From contig JBFJZV010000002.1 in NCBI GenBank assembly GCA_041621915.1, forward strand, positions 1-36,331: a DNA stretch of 36,331 nucleotides, written 5' to 3'. The translations under genes were made by a program, and so were the position numbers. A model generated the notes under the pieces. It was not told the origin of the DNA, searched no databases, and was given only the letters and a program-made list of their open reading frames with translations. Shown piece by piece: positions 1-8,594 of this stretch. How positions within the stretch are numbered: the first letter of the stretch is position 1; the number at the start of each line of letters is the position of its first letter. Origin of the DNA: Acidimicrobiia bacterium (GTDB lineage: Bacteria > Actinomycetota > Acidimicrobiia > Spongiisociales > JAOTWH01).

Positions 1-1
1 C

Positions 2-418
2 GCCAAGGGCGCCGAGCTGGTCACCGGGGGCCACCGCCTCACGGACGGCGGCCTCGACCGGGGCTGGTTCTACGCCCCCACGGTGCTCAGCGGCGTGACG
101 GACGGGATGGTCATCTACCGCGAGGAGACCTTCGGCCCGGTCGCCGCGGTGATCCCCTTCGACGACGAGGCGGAGGTGCTGGAGAAGGCCAACGACACCA
201 TCTACGGCTTGGCCGCCTACGTCTACACCCGCGACCTGGCCCGGGCGCTGCGCATGTTCGAGGGGTTGCGCTTCGGGATCATCGGGATCAACGACATCAA
301 CCCCACTGCAGCCGCTGCCCCGTTCGGCGGCATGCAGCAGAGCGGGCTCGGCCGCGAGGGCGGCCACGAGGGGATCGCCGACTACCTGGAGACGAAGGTC
401 GCCGGCATCTCGATCTGA
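2..418 (+). CDS. aldehyde dehydrogenase family protein (succinate-semialdehyde dehydrogenase-like), C-terminal part; 5' end lies outside the window
   Basis: The frame is open from the window edge. The translation AKGAELVTGGHRL..GWFYAPTVLSGV..YREETFGPV..GLAAYVYT..PFGGMQQSGLGREGG matches the conserved ALDH C-terminal core. Track ORF 83..418 is only the part after an internal GTG. Confidence 0.85.
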   Translation, partial: AKGAELVTGGHRLTDGGLDRGWFYAPTVLSGVTDGMVIYREETFGPVAAVIPFDDEAEVLEKANDTIYGLAAYVYTRDLARALRMFEGLRFGIIGINDINPTAAAAPFGGMQQSGLGREGGHEGIADYLETKVAGISI

Positions 419-421
419 CCG

Positions 422-751
422 CTACATCGGCACTGGCATCAGCTCGAAGATGTCGATGGCGTAGTCGCCCTTGCCCTCGCTCAGGTAGGGGTGTCCCGAG
501 GTGAGCGCTTTGGCCGCGTCGAGGTCGGCGGCCTCGACGATCGAGTAGCCGGACATGGAGCTGGGGCTCGCCATGCTGCCGTCGTCCACGACCGACGCGC
601 CGGGACCGAACGGGGCGCCGACGTCGCTGAGTGCCGGGCCCACGCGCTGCATCCACTCGCCCCATTTGGCCATCACTTCCTGCTGCTCCTCGGGCGACAT
701 GTCGCCCATGTCGGTGGCCTCACCCCTGTACAGCATGATGAACTTCGCCAT
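422..751 (-). CDS. YCII-related domain protein
   Basis: 109-aa ORF MAKFIMLYRGE..MSPEEQQEVMAKWGEWM..GYSIVEAADLDAAKAL..HPYL with the typical YCII/DGPF-type small alpha/beta protein pattern. GC3 is high. Confidence 0.75.
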   Translation of the reverse strand: MAKFIMLYRGEATDMGDMSPEEQQEVMAKWGEWMQRVGPALSDVGAPFGPGASVVDDGSMASPSSMSGYSIVEAADLDAAKALTSGHPYLSEGKGDYAIDIFELMPVPM

Positions 752-916
752 CGGGGCTCCTCTCGCCAGATCCTGCCGGTATTCGCAGCCTACAGCCCGG
801 CCACGTTGGCTGTCGGGGCCACGGAGAACGCGAAAACCAACACATGGTCACCGCAGTGCGCGGGCGTTACCTTGCGCGCAGTTCGGGCCTGTTCCATCGA
901 GAGGGAGATCCCCCCA

Positions 917-2401
917 ATGACGAGGCTTCGCGCGCTACTCATCGTCCTCGTGCTCGCCGCGGCGAGCTTCCCGGCGGCGGCCGCCGTCGCCGGACCCGCC
1001 GCGTGCGACACGCGGGTGAACAACACCGTCGCCAAGCTGGTGGAGTGCGTCACCATCGACGGGGTGCGCGAGCACCAGGCGGTATTCCAGGCCATTGCGG
1101 ATGCCAACAACGGCATCCGCACCTCCGGTACTGCTGGCTACGACCAGTCGGCCGCCTACGTCGCGGACCGCCTGGAGGCGGCGGGCTACGACGTGACGGT
1201 CCAGTCGTTCCAGTTCCAGACCTTCATCTCCCTCACGCCCGCGGTGCTGGAGCAGGTGGCGCCCTCTCCCGCGGGGCCGCTGGTGAACAACATCATGTCG
1301 TACTCGGGCAGCGGCGACGTGACCGCGCCCGTGAGCACGGTGTCTCCCATCACCGGCTGCAACGCCACGGACTTCACCGGCTTCACGGCCGGCCACATCG
1401 CCCTCATCAGTCGGGGCACCTGCACGTTCGCGCTCAAGGCGACCAACGCCTTCAACGCCGGGGCGGCGGGCGTGGTGATCTACAACAACATCCCGGGCAC
1501 CCTCAACGGCACGCTGGGCAACTCGTTCACGCTGAACATCGGCGTCACGGCGGTGACCCAGGCGCTGGGCCAGCAGCTCGCCGCCACGCCGGGGCTGGTG
1601 CTTCGCCTCAAGACCGACACCTTCCGGGGCATCGCAACCACGACCAACGTGCTCGCCGAGTCGACGTCGGGCGACCCGAACAACGTCGTGATGGCCGGCG
1701 CGCACCTCGACTCGGTGAATGCCGGCCCCGGCATCCAGGACAACGGGTCGGGCAGCGCGGCGCTGCTCGAGGCCGCGGAGCAGATGGCCAAGGTCAAGCC
1801 CCGCAACAAGGTGCGCTTCGCTTGGTGGGGCGCCGAGGAGTCGGGCCTGGTCGGGTCGACGTTCTACGTCGACAGCCTCAGTCAGGCGGAACGCGAGAAG
1901 ATCGCGCTCTACCTGAACTTCGACATGATCGGCTCCCCCAACTTCGTGTACTTCATCTACGACGGCGACGACTCCGACGCCGTCGGCGCCGGCCCCGGGC
2001 CGGCGGGCTCGGCCCAGATCGAGAAGTTCTTCGAGGGGTTCTACGCTTCCCGCGGCTTGCCGTTCAAGGGCACCGACTTCTCGGGCCGCTCCGACTACCG
2101 GCGGTTCATCGAGTTCGGCATCCCCGCCGGCGGCCTGTTCACCGGTGCGGAGGGCATCAAGACCGCCGCCGAGGCGGCGACCTGGGGCGGCACCGCCGGG
2201 ATCGCCTACGACCCCTGCTACCACCTGGCGTGCGACACGTTCGCCAACGTGAGCCTGGAGGCGCTCGACGTCAACTCGGACGCGGTGGCCGCCAGCGTGC
2301 TCACGTACGCCATGAACACGGAATCGATCAACGGCGTGAAGGGCAAGGGGAACTTCAAGGTCCCGCCCTTGCCGCCGGAGGACCCGCCCGCCACTTCCTG
2401 A
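917..2401 (+). CDS. secreted M28 family aminopeptidase with PA (protease-associated) domain
   Basis: ATG at 917 is preceded by GAGGGAG. The signal peptide is MTRLRALLIVLVLAAASFPAAAAVA. The PA-domain stretch is GHIALISRGTCTFALKATNAFNAGAAGVVIYNN. M28 metal-ligand motifs are AGAHLDSV, QDNGSGSAALLE, WWGAEESGLVGS and NFDMIGSPN. The upstream part of track ORF 491..2401 is non-coding. Confidence 0.9.
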   Translation: MTRLRALLIVLVLAAASFPAAAAVAGPAACDTRVNNTVAKLVECVTIDGVREHQAVFQAIADANNGIRTSGTAGYDQSAAYVADRLEAAGYDVTVQSFQFQTFISLTPAVLEQVAPSPAGPLVNNIMSYSGSGDVTAPVSTVSPITGCNATDFTGFTAGHIALISRGTCTFALKATNAFNAGAAGVVIYNNIPGTLNGTLGNSFTLNIGVTAVTQALGQQLAATPGLVLRLKTDTFRGIATTTNVLAESTSGDPNNVVMAGAHLDSVNAGPGIQDNGSGSAALLEAAEQMAKVKPRNKVRFAWWGAEESGLVGSTFYVDSLSQAEREKIALYLNFDMIGSPNFVYFIYDGDDSDAVGAGPGPAGSAQIEKFFEGFYASRGLPFKGTDFSGRSDYRRFIEFGIPAGGLFTGAEGIKTAAEAATWGGTAGIAYDPCYHLACDTFANVSLEALDVNSDAVAASVLTYAMNTESINGVKGKGNFKVPPLPPEDPPATS

Positions 2402-2409
2402 CCGATCAG

Positions 2410-2441
2410 CCGGGGCGCGGCCCGCTCGGGTCGCGCCCCGG
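2410..2441 (+). terminator. GC-rich hairpin downstream of the M28 gene (candidate intrinsic terminator without a T-tract)
   Basis: CCGGGGCGCG (2410-2419) pairs perfectly with CGCGCCCCGG (2432-2441). The 12-nt interior can extend the stem (GCCCG/CGGGT). It begins 9 nt after the stop codon. Confidence 0.45.
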
Positions 2442-2496
2442 CCGCGCGCTCGGCGGGGGGTTGGGCCGCAGCCGGCCCGGGGGTACAGTCGGGCGC

Positions 2497-3573
2497 ATGG
2501 AGCCGTCGAAGTACGACCGCATCGCGTCCTTCCTCGCCGAGCGGGGTGAGCCGGCGTACCGCACGCGGCAGGTGTACGACGCCGTCTTCCGGGGTGGCCA
2601 CGGCGAGTTCGCCGACATGCACCCGCTGCCCCAGGGGATGCGGGCCGACCTCGCCACCGAGTTCGGGCCCGGCATCCTGAGCCTGAAGCCGGTGACCGCC
2701 AGCATCTCGCAGCAGGTCAACAAGACGCTGTTCGAGACGGCCGACGGCGAGCGGGTCGAGGCCGTGCTCATGCGCTTCGAGGCGGGCTGGACGTCGCTGT
2801 GCGTGTCGACGCAGGTGGGGTGCGGGCTGGGCTGCACGTTCTGCGCCACCGGCGCCGTGGGGTTGCGCCGCAACCTCACGGCGGACGAGATCAGCGACCA
2901 GGTGCTCGCCTTCCAGCTCGGGGGCGAGACCATCGACAGCGTCTCGTTCATGGGCATGGGCGAGGCGCTCGCCAACCGCGCCTCCTTCGGCGCTTTCGAA
3001 CTGCTCACCCGCGACGACTTGTTCAACCTGGGGGCGCGGCGGCTGAGCGTGTCGACGGTCGGGATCATCCCGGGCATGAAGCGCCTCACCGCCGAGTTCC
3101 CGCAGATCAACCTGACGTTCTCGCTGCACAGCCCGTTCCCCGAGCAGCGCCAGGAGCTGATCCCGGTGAGCCGCCGCTACCCGCTCGCCGACTGCCTGGA
3201 GGTGCTCGACAACCACGTCGACGTCACCGGGCGCAAGGTGTACCTGGCCTATCTGGTGATGGCCGGAGTCAACGACTCCGAAGAGCACGTCACCGGACTC
3301 GTCGACCTTGTGAAGGAGCGGGCGCACTGGGAGACGCGCTTCCACGTCAACCTGGTTCGCTTCAACCCCCTGGGCATCGAGTCGCCCATCGCCTACGAGA
3401 GCGCCGACGAGTCGGTGATGCGGCGCATCCTCGCCCGGTTGGATGGCGCCGGCGTGCACGCCACGATCCGGCGGTCGTTCGGCGTCGACATCGACGCCGC
3501 CTGCGGCCAGCTCTACGCCAAGTACCAGGCGCACGCCGGGCGGGCGATGCGGCCAGTCAGCTCGGGTCGGTGA
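2497..3573 (+). CDS. radical SAM 23S rRNA adenine-2503 methyltransferase, RlmN/Cfr family (Cfr-like by motif content)
   Basis: ATG at 2497. The CxxxCxxC cluster is CGLGCTFCATG and the C-terminal catalytic Cys motif is DIDAACGQL. The stretches IDSVSFMGMGEALANR, INLTFSLHSP, RKVYLAYLVMAGVNDS, HVNLVRFNP and GQLYAKYQ resemble Cfr more than canonical RlmN (comparison from memory). The rest of track ORF 844..3573 is an out-of-frame shadow of the M28 gene. Confidence 0.85.
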   Translation: MEPSKYDRIASFLAERGEPAYRTRQVYDAVFRGGHGEFADMHPLPQGMRADLATEFGPGILSLKPVTASISQQVNKTLFETADGERVEAVLMRFEAGWTSLCVSTQVGCGLGCTFCATGAVGLRRNLTADEISDQVLAFQLGGETIDSVSFMGMGEALANRASFGAFELLTRDDLFNLGARRLSVSTVGIIPGMKRLTAEFPQINLTFSLHSPFPEQRQELIPVSRRYPLADCLEVLDNHVDVTGRKVYLAYLVMAGVNDSEEHVTGLVDLVKERAHWETRFHVNLVRFNPLGIESPIAYESADESVMRRILARLDGAGVHATIRRSFGVDIDAACGQLYAKYQAHAGRAMRPVSSGR

Positions 3574-4945
3574 CCTGACCCACGAACAGCGGCTCACCCG
3601 TCGGCGTGTGGTCGATCACGAAGAAGAACGGCCGGTCGAGGCTCAGCTCGACCTTGGGCGGCAGCGAGGTCACCCCCACCACCACGGCGGTTGCGGCGGC
3701 GGCTTCGGTGCCCTCCTCGTCCACGGAGATGAACGCCTGGTGGACCACGTCCTGGATCACCAGCTCCTTGGCCGGGGTCATGCCGGTGAAGTCGGCGCCG
3801 CCGGGCAGCGCCGGGTCCGTGAAGGCGGCTTCTATGCCGAGCTGCTGGAGCGCCGTCTTCAGGCCCAGCTCCGATCGGAACTCGAACCGGGGCATCGACA
3901 GCGTCACGAGGAACGTCGAGAGGTTGGCGCGCACCTCGGTCAGCAGCGCCTCGTCGAAGCGGGCCGCCACCTCGTCGAAGCGGCCCTCGTCCGGCACCAC
4001 GAGGATCATCGACGCGTCGCCCTGGTAGTGGAGCTGCACCGCTTGGTACCCGGCGCCGGCCATGAAGGTGGTCCGGAGGTCTTCGTGGAGCATCATCGGC
4101 ACCGCCACCTCGTCGCCGGAGAGCGTCCGGAAGGCGCCGTCGGCGGTGAGCGACGGGTCGAACCGGTTGACCCACGAGGCCTTGAACCAGATCGCGTTGA
4201 CGATCACCAACCGGGTCAGCTCGTCCACCACGCCCTCGGGGATGAGGTCGACGATGCGGCCCTCGGTCTGCTCCTCCACCCGCCCGTTGATGGTCTCGCG
4301 GGCGTCCTCGGCCGCGGCCTCGAAGTCGACGAGGTTCATGCCGGCGTCGTAGTGCTCGGCCAGCAGCACCAGGAACTCGTCGAGGAACGGGTAGCCGGCC
4401 TGGCCCCACAGCGAGTTGGCGATGCGGACGGTGAACGGCTGACGGTCGTCGTCCGGATCCACCTCGGGCGGGGTGGCGATGAGCTGGTCGAGGGCGTTGC
4501 GGGCGGCGTGGATCCGGTCGTCGCCGAGGCCCAGCCCCAGCACGTCGCGCATCTCGGCGGCGGTGTCGCCACGGGCGCCGGTGTAGGTCATCGTGAGCGC
4601 GGCGGCGACGCTGTACGGGGAAATCACGGTGTTGTCGCCGGATGAGGCCGCCACTGCGAACAGGTCGTAGGCGAATGCGGCGTTGCCGGCGACGAGGGCG
4701 GCGAGCTCCGCTTCGGCGACGTCGGGCTCGGCCCGGGGCACGTCGGCGCGTGCCAGGGACGCGGGGAGCGGCTCGCGGGGCGGGGCGGTAGAACTCGTGG
4801 GCGGGGCGGTCGAAGGGGTCGACGGAGCCGCCGGGGGATCGCCGCCGGGCGTCGGAGCCGAGGTGGACGGCGCGGCAGCATCGCCGCAGGCGGCAGCCAG
4901 CAGCGCAAGCCCGAGGAGCAGCTGCCCGGTTCGCACCATCGTCAT
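3557..4945 (-). CDS. serpin family protein, predicted lipoprotein
   Basis: Lipobox LLAAAC follows MTMVRTGQLLLGLA (start 4945 or 4939). A Pro/Ser/Thr-rich linker follows. Serpin core motifs include ISPYSVAAALTMTYTGARGDTAAEM and NAIWFKASW. The inhibitory-type hinge is EEGTEAAAATAVVVG and the C-terminus is DRPFFFVI. Its 3' end overlaps the convergent methyltransferase gene by 17 nt. Confidence 0.85.
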   Translation of the reverse strand: MTMVRTGQLLLGLALLAAACGDAAAPSTSAPTPGGDPPAAPSTPSTAPPTSSTAPPREPLPASLARADVPRAEPDVAEAELAALVAGNAAFAYDLFAVAASSGDNTVISPYSVAAALTMTYTGARGDTAAEMRDVLGLGLGDDRIHAARNALDQLIATPPEVDPDDDRQPFTVRIANSLWGQAGYPFLDEFLVLLAEHYDAGMNLVDFEAAAEDARETINGRVEEQTEGRIVDLIPEGVVDELTRLVIVNAIWFKASWVNRFDPSLTADGAFRTLSGDEVAVPMMLHEDLRTTFMAGAGYQAVQLHYQGDASMILVVPDEGRFDEVAARFDEALLTEVRANLSTFLVTLSMPRFEFRSELGLKTALQQLGIEAAFTDPALPGGADFTGMTPAKELVIQDVVHQAFISVDEEGTEAAAATAVVVGVTSLPPKVELSLDRPFFFVIDHTPTGEPLFVGQVTDPS

Positions 4946-4997
4946 CACGGTAGAGACGCCCGCCGGGCGCTCCGGGTTCCCGAGGTACCGTCGCACC

Positions 4998-5816
4998 TTG
5001 CACGTCGAGCCCTTCACGGACCAGTACGACGCCGTGGCCGCGCTCATCGGCCGCTCGGCGAGCGAGCTGCGTGCCCGGGTGGCGCCCCGCTGGCTGGCGA
5101 TCGACGCCGGCCGGGCCGTCGCAGTCGCCACCGCGACCACCCGGCCGGACCGGCGGACGTTCGTGTCGCTCGCCGGCGACCTGGCGGCGTACGGCGAGCT
5201 GATCGAGGCTGTCGGCGCCGCGGCCCGGCGACCGCTGCACGCTCATGCGGACTGTGCCGACGCAGAGCTGCGCGGGGTGCTGGCGGCGGCCGGGTTCGTC
5301 GAGGTGATGGTCGCCGAGTCCTTCCGGGTACGGTTCGCCGACGCGCTCGACGCGCTGCACAAGGCCCGCACCGCTCCCTGGTTCACGCTCATCGCCGCCG
5401 GGGAAGCCGATCACGGACGGCTCTTCACACTCGACAACGCGATTCGCCAGGACGTGCCCGGCGCCGACGGATGGCGCGGCGACCGCGCGATGTTCCTCGA
5501 TGAGCTCGCCGACCCCGCTGCCTATGCGGTCGCCGTCGACGAGACCAACGGCGAGTACGCCGGGCTTGCCCGTGTGTGGCGCAACCCGTCGGGTCCCCGG
5601 TTCGGGCTCGTCGGCGTATTGCGGCAGTACCGGGGCACGCGGCTGGGGCCGGCGCTGATCCGAGGCGTGCTGGAGGAGGCCGCCGGCTGGGGACACGAGT
5701 CGTTCGTGACCGAGACCAGCCTGACCAACCGTGCCGTCCACCCCCGGCTGGCCCGGCTGGCCGCCGAGCGACTCGGGCAGTGGGCGCAGATGAGGCGCCC
5801 CGTTAGCCTGAGGTGA
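4998..5816 (+). CDS. GNAT family N-acetyltransferase
   Basis: The C-terminal half RFGLVGVLRQYRGTRLGPALIRGVLEEAAGWGHESFVTET fits the acetyl-CoA binding motif A (Q/RxxGxG/A). The start is uncertain: TTG 4998 was chosen because sequence upstream is antisense to the serpin start region. The stop overlaps the next gene's start (GTGATG). Confidence 0.65.
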   Translation: MHVEPFTDQYDAVAALIGRSASELRARVAPRWLAIDAGRAVAVATATTRPDRRTFVSLAGDLAAYGELIEAVGAAARRPLHAHADCADAELRGVLAAAGFVEVMVAESFRVRFADALDALHKARTAPWFTLIAAGEADHGRLFTLDNAIRQDVPGADGWRGDRAMFLDELADPAAYAVAVDETNGEYAGLARVWRNPSGPRFGLVGVLRQYRGTRLGPALIRGVLEEAAGWGHESFVTETSLTNRAVHPRLARLAAERLGQWAQMRRPVSLR

Positions 5817-7771
5817 TGCTCACCGACTACACCTCGATGACGCCTGAGCGCGCCCGGGGCGTCGTCATCATCGCCATTGCCGAGGGCGATGCGCTGGTCG
5901 CCGCCGTCCTCGCCGCCGCCGGGCCCCGCACGTACGCCAACACGCTGGCGCCGCTCGACCGGGCGCTGGTCGCGGTCAACGACGCCTACGGAGTCGGCGG
6001 TTACATGGCCAACGTCCACCCCGACGAAGCGGTGCGGGCCGCAGGCGCCGAAGCCGAAGAGCTGCAGCAGAAGTGGCTCTCCGACCTGGCGTTCAACCGC
6101 GAGCTGTACCTGGCCGTCGAGAGCTACTCGAGCACCGACGAGGCAGCGGGGCTGAGCGGAGAGAGGCGGCGCAACCTCGACTTCTTGCTCCGCGACTTCC
6201 GGCGGGCCGGCCACGGACTTGCCGACGGCGAGCGTGCCGAGGTGCAACGGCTGCGGCGGCGGCTCATCGAGCTGCAGGTCGCCTTCGACCGCAACCTGAA
6301 CGAGTGGGAGGACGGCCTCGACGTCACCCGGGACGAGCTGGCCGGGTTGCCCGACGACTACGTCGCCCGGCTCGGCCCGGGCGAGGCCGACGGCACGTTC
6401 CGCGTGACGGTCGCCTACCCGGACTACGTCCCCGTGATGCAGGACGGCGCCGACCGTGACCTGCGCCGCCGGCTACAGCACAAGTTCCTCAACCGGGCGG
6501 CGGAAGCCAACGTCCCGCTGCTCGACGAGGCCGTGGCGGTGCGGTGGGAGATCTCGGCCCGGCTCGGCTACCCGACGTTCGCCGAGTACGCGATGGAGCC
6601 TCGTATGGCCGACCCGCCTGCGGTCGAGGAGTTCTACGGATCGCTCATCCCGGGCCTCACCGAGGCCGGCGAGCGGGAGCTGGCCGCACTCCAGGAGCTG
6701 ATGGGCGCCGACCACCCGGGGGAGAGCCTCCAGCAGTGGGACTGGATGTACTACGACACGCAGCAGCGCAAGGCCGACTACGGCGTCGACGACCACGAGG
6801 TCGCCGCCTACTTCCCGCTCGAGGCAGTGGTCGATGGCATGTTCTCGATCTGCGGCGACATGTTCGGCATCGACTTCGTGCCGGTGGCCGAGCCGCAGGC
6901 GTGGCACCCCGACGTCGCCGTGTACGAGATCCGGGAGCGGGCAACCGGCGATCTCCTTGCCCACTACTACGCCGACCTCCACCCCCGGCCCGGCAAGTAC
7001 TCCCACGCGGCGTGCTGGCGGCTGCGCGCCGGCTTCCAGGAGGAAGGGGGCTACCGCCGGCCGGTGGCGGCGGTGGCGGCCAACTTCACCAAGCCCACCG
7101 CCGACACCCCGTCGCTCCTCAAGCACGACGAGGCGGTCACCCTGTTCCACGAGTTCGGGCACGTGCTCCACAACGCGCTCACCCGGGTGGAGCTGCCCCG
7201 CTTCTCCGGCACCCAGACCGAGCGGGACTTCGTGGAGGCGCCCTCGCAGATCATGGAGAACTGGATGTGGGAGCCCGAGGTGCTGCAGCGCTTCGCCCGC
7301 CACCACCGCACCGGGGAGCCAATCGCCGCCGGCCTGGTCGAGCGGATGGTGGCCGCCCGCAATCAGAACGTGGCACTGAAGACGCTGCGGCAGGTCTTCT
7401 ACGGCCGATTCGACCTTGCCCTCCACGGCGGCGACGGGCCCCGGCCTGCGTCGGAGGCCCACGCAGCGACCGCCGGGCTGACACTGGTGCCGCACCACCC
7501 CGGCACCCGATTCGCAGGCAGCTTCGGGCACATGATGTCGGACGGCTACGTGGCCGGCTACTACGGGTACCTGTGGTCGGAGGTGTACGGCGACGACATG
7601 TTCTCGGTGTTCACCCACGCCGGCGTGCTCGACCCCGAGGTTGGGCGCCGCTACCGGGAGGCGATCCTCGCCCGAGGCGGCACCGTCGACGGCGCCGACC
7701 TGCTGCGCGACTTCCTGGGCCGCGAGCCCTCACCCGACGCGTTCCTGCGGAAGATCGGCCTCTCCGAATAG
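5813..7771 (+). CDS. M3 family metallopeptidase (oligopeptidase / peptidyl-dipeptidase Dcp-like)
   Basis: 652 aa. The zinc motif is HEFGHVLH and a downstream EAPSQIMENW Glu ligand region is present. Length is typical for M3. Start is GTG 5813 or ATG 5816, overlapping the GNAT stop codon. Confidence 0.9.
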   Translation: MMLTDYTSMTPERARGVVIIAIAEGDALVAAVLAAAGPRTYANTLAPLDRALVAVNDAYGVGGYMANVHPDEAVRAAGAEAEELQQKWLSDLAFNRELYLAVESYSSTDEAAGLSGERRRNLDFLLRDFRRAGHGLADGERAEVQRLRRRLIELQVAFDRNLNEWEDGLDVTRDELAGLPDDYVARLGPGEADGTFRVTVAYPDYVPVMQDGADRDLRRRLQHKFLNRAAEANVPLLDEAVAVRWEISARLGYPTFAEYAMEPRMADPPAVEEFYGSLIPGLTEAGERELAALQELMGADHPGESLQQWDWMYYDTQQRKADYGVDDHEVAAYFPLEAVVDGMFSICGDMFGIDFVPVAEPQAWHPDVAVYEIRERATGDLLAHYYADLHPRPGKYSHAACWRLRAGFQEEGGYRRPVAAVAANFTKPTADTPSLLKHDEAVTLFHEFGHVLHNALTRVELPRFSGTQTERDFVEAPSQIMENWMWEPEVLQRFARHHRTGEPIAAGLVERMVAARNQNVALKTLRQVFYGRFDLALHGGDGPRPASEAHAATAGLTLVPHHPGTRFAGSFGHMMSDGYVAGYYGYLWSEVYGDDMFSVFTHAGVLDPEVGRRYREAILARGGTVDGADLLRDFLGREPSPDAFLRKIGLSE

Positions 7772-7775
7772 CCGC

Positions 7776-7964
7776 TCAGTCGAGGGGCCGGGTCGGGACG
7801 AGCGTCACCGACTCGGGGCCCGCCTCGAGGTTGGCCGGCCGTGTGCCGTAATGCCGGCCCACGACGCGATCGTCGATGCACTCGCCGCGGATCTCGCTGC
7901 GGAGGTCCTGGTAGGCGTCCCAGGACATCGGGATGCGGTCGCCCGGACGGAGCTTGGTCTGCAT
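7776..7964 (-). CDS. small hypothetical protein (62-65 aa)
   Basis: ORF MQTKLRPGDRIPMSWDAYQDLRSEIRGECIDDRVVGRHYGTRPANLE has strongly G/C-biased third positions. An alternative GTG start lies at 7973. I recognised no family. Confidence 0.4.
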   Translation of the reverse strand: MQTKLRPGDRIPMSWDAYQDLRSEIRGECIDDRVVGRHYGTRPANLEAGPESVTLVPTRPLD

Positions 7965-8092
7965 GCCGTGCACCGTACACCCCTTCCGCCTCCCCTTCGG
8001 GTCCGTGGACACCACGTTGCCGCGACAGAAACCCGGAAACCGCGCAGCGGCCGTCGGCGTCTCAGTGCGGTCCCACCGAAAAGGAGCACACC

Positions 8093-8590
8093 ATGTCCAC
8101 GGGCACCATCGAGCGCCCCCCGTCCACCGAGCCCGGCCGCCGCAACCGGCGCGTGTTGGCGCTGGTCGCCGTCGCGGCCGTCGCAGTCGTTGCGTTGATC
8201 GTCGCCGCGTTGCTGATCGGCGGCAACGACCCCGAGCCGCATGCAGCCCCGCTGGAGCTGTCCCTCGGAGAAAGCGACGCCCTGGCGTCGTGCCTGGCCT
8301 TCGACGTCGCCACGCTCGCCGGCATGTCGCCGGCGCTCGAGGGCACCGTCACGGCCAAGGACGGCGAGCGCATCACGCTGGCGGTCGACCGCTGGTTCAC
8401 CGGCGGCGACGCCGAGGAGGTCGCGCTGATCGGCCCTCATGGGCTCGAGGCGCTCATCGGCGGCATCGACTTCCAGGTCGGCAAGCAGTACCTGATCACC
8501 GCCGAGAGCGGCCAGGTCAACTACTGCGGCTACAGCGGCGAGGCCACCCCCGAGTACCGGGCCGCCTTCGAGCAGGCCTTCGGGGCCTGA
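8093..8590 (+). CDS. membrane-anchored hypothetical protein
   Basis: ATG at 8093 is preceded by AAAGGAG (8080-8086). An N-terminal TM helix VLALVAVAAVAVVALIVAALLIGG is followed by a roughly 120-aa extracytoplasmic domain with two Cys. Confidence 0.7.
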   Translation: MSTGTIERPPSTEPGRRNRRVLALVAVAAVAVVALIVAALLIGGNDPEPHAAPLELSLGESDALASCLAFDVATLAGMSPALEGTVTAKDGERITLAVDRWFTGGDAEEVALIGPHGLEALIGGIDFQVGKQYLITAESGQVNYCGYSGEATPEYRAAFEQAFGA

Positions 8591-8594
8591 GCCG

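Noticed and set aside
3594-5741. 715-aa minus-strand ORF spanning the serpin and GNAT region
   Set aside because: The composition is Arg/Pro/Gly/Ala-dominated with no domain signature. It is out of frame with the serpin gene and antisense to the GNAT gene, both of which have clear family motifs. This is a typical high-GC shadow ORF.
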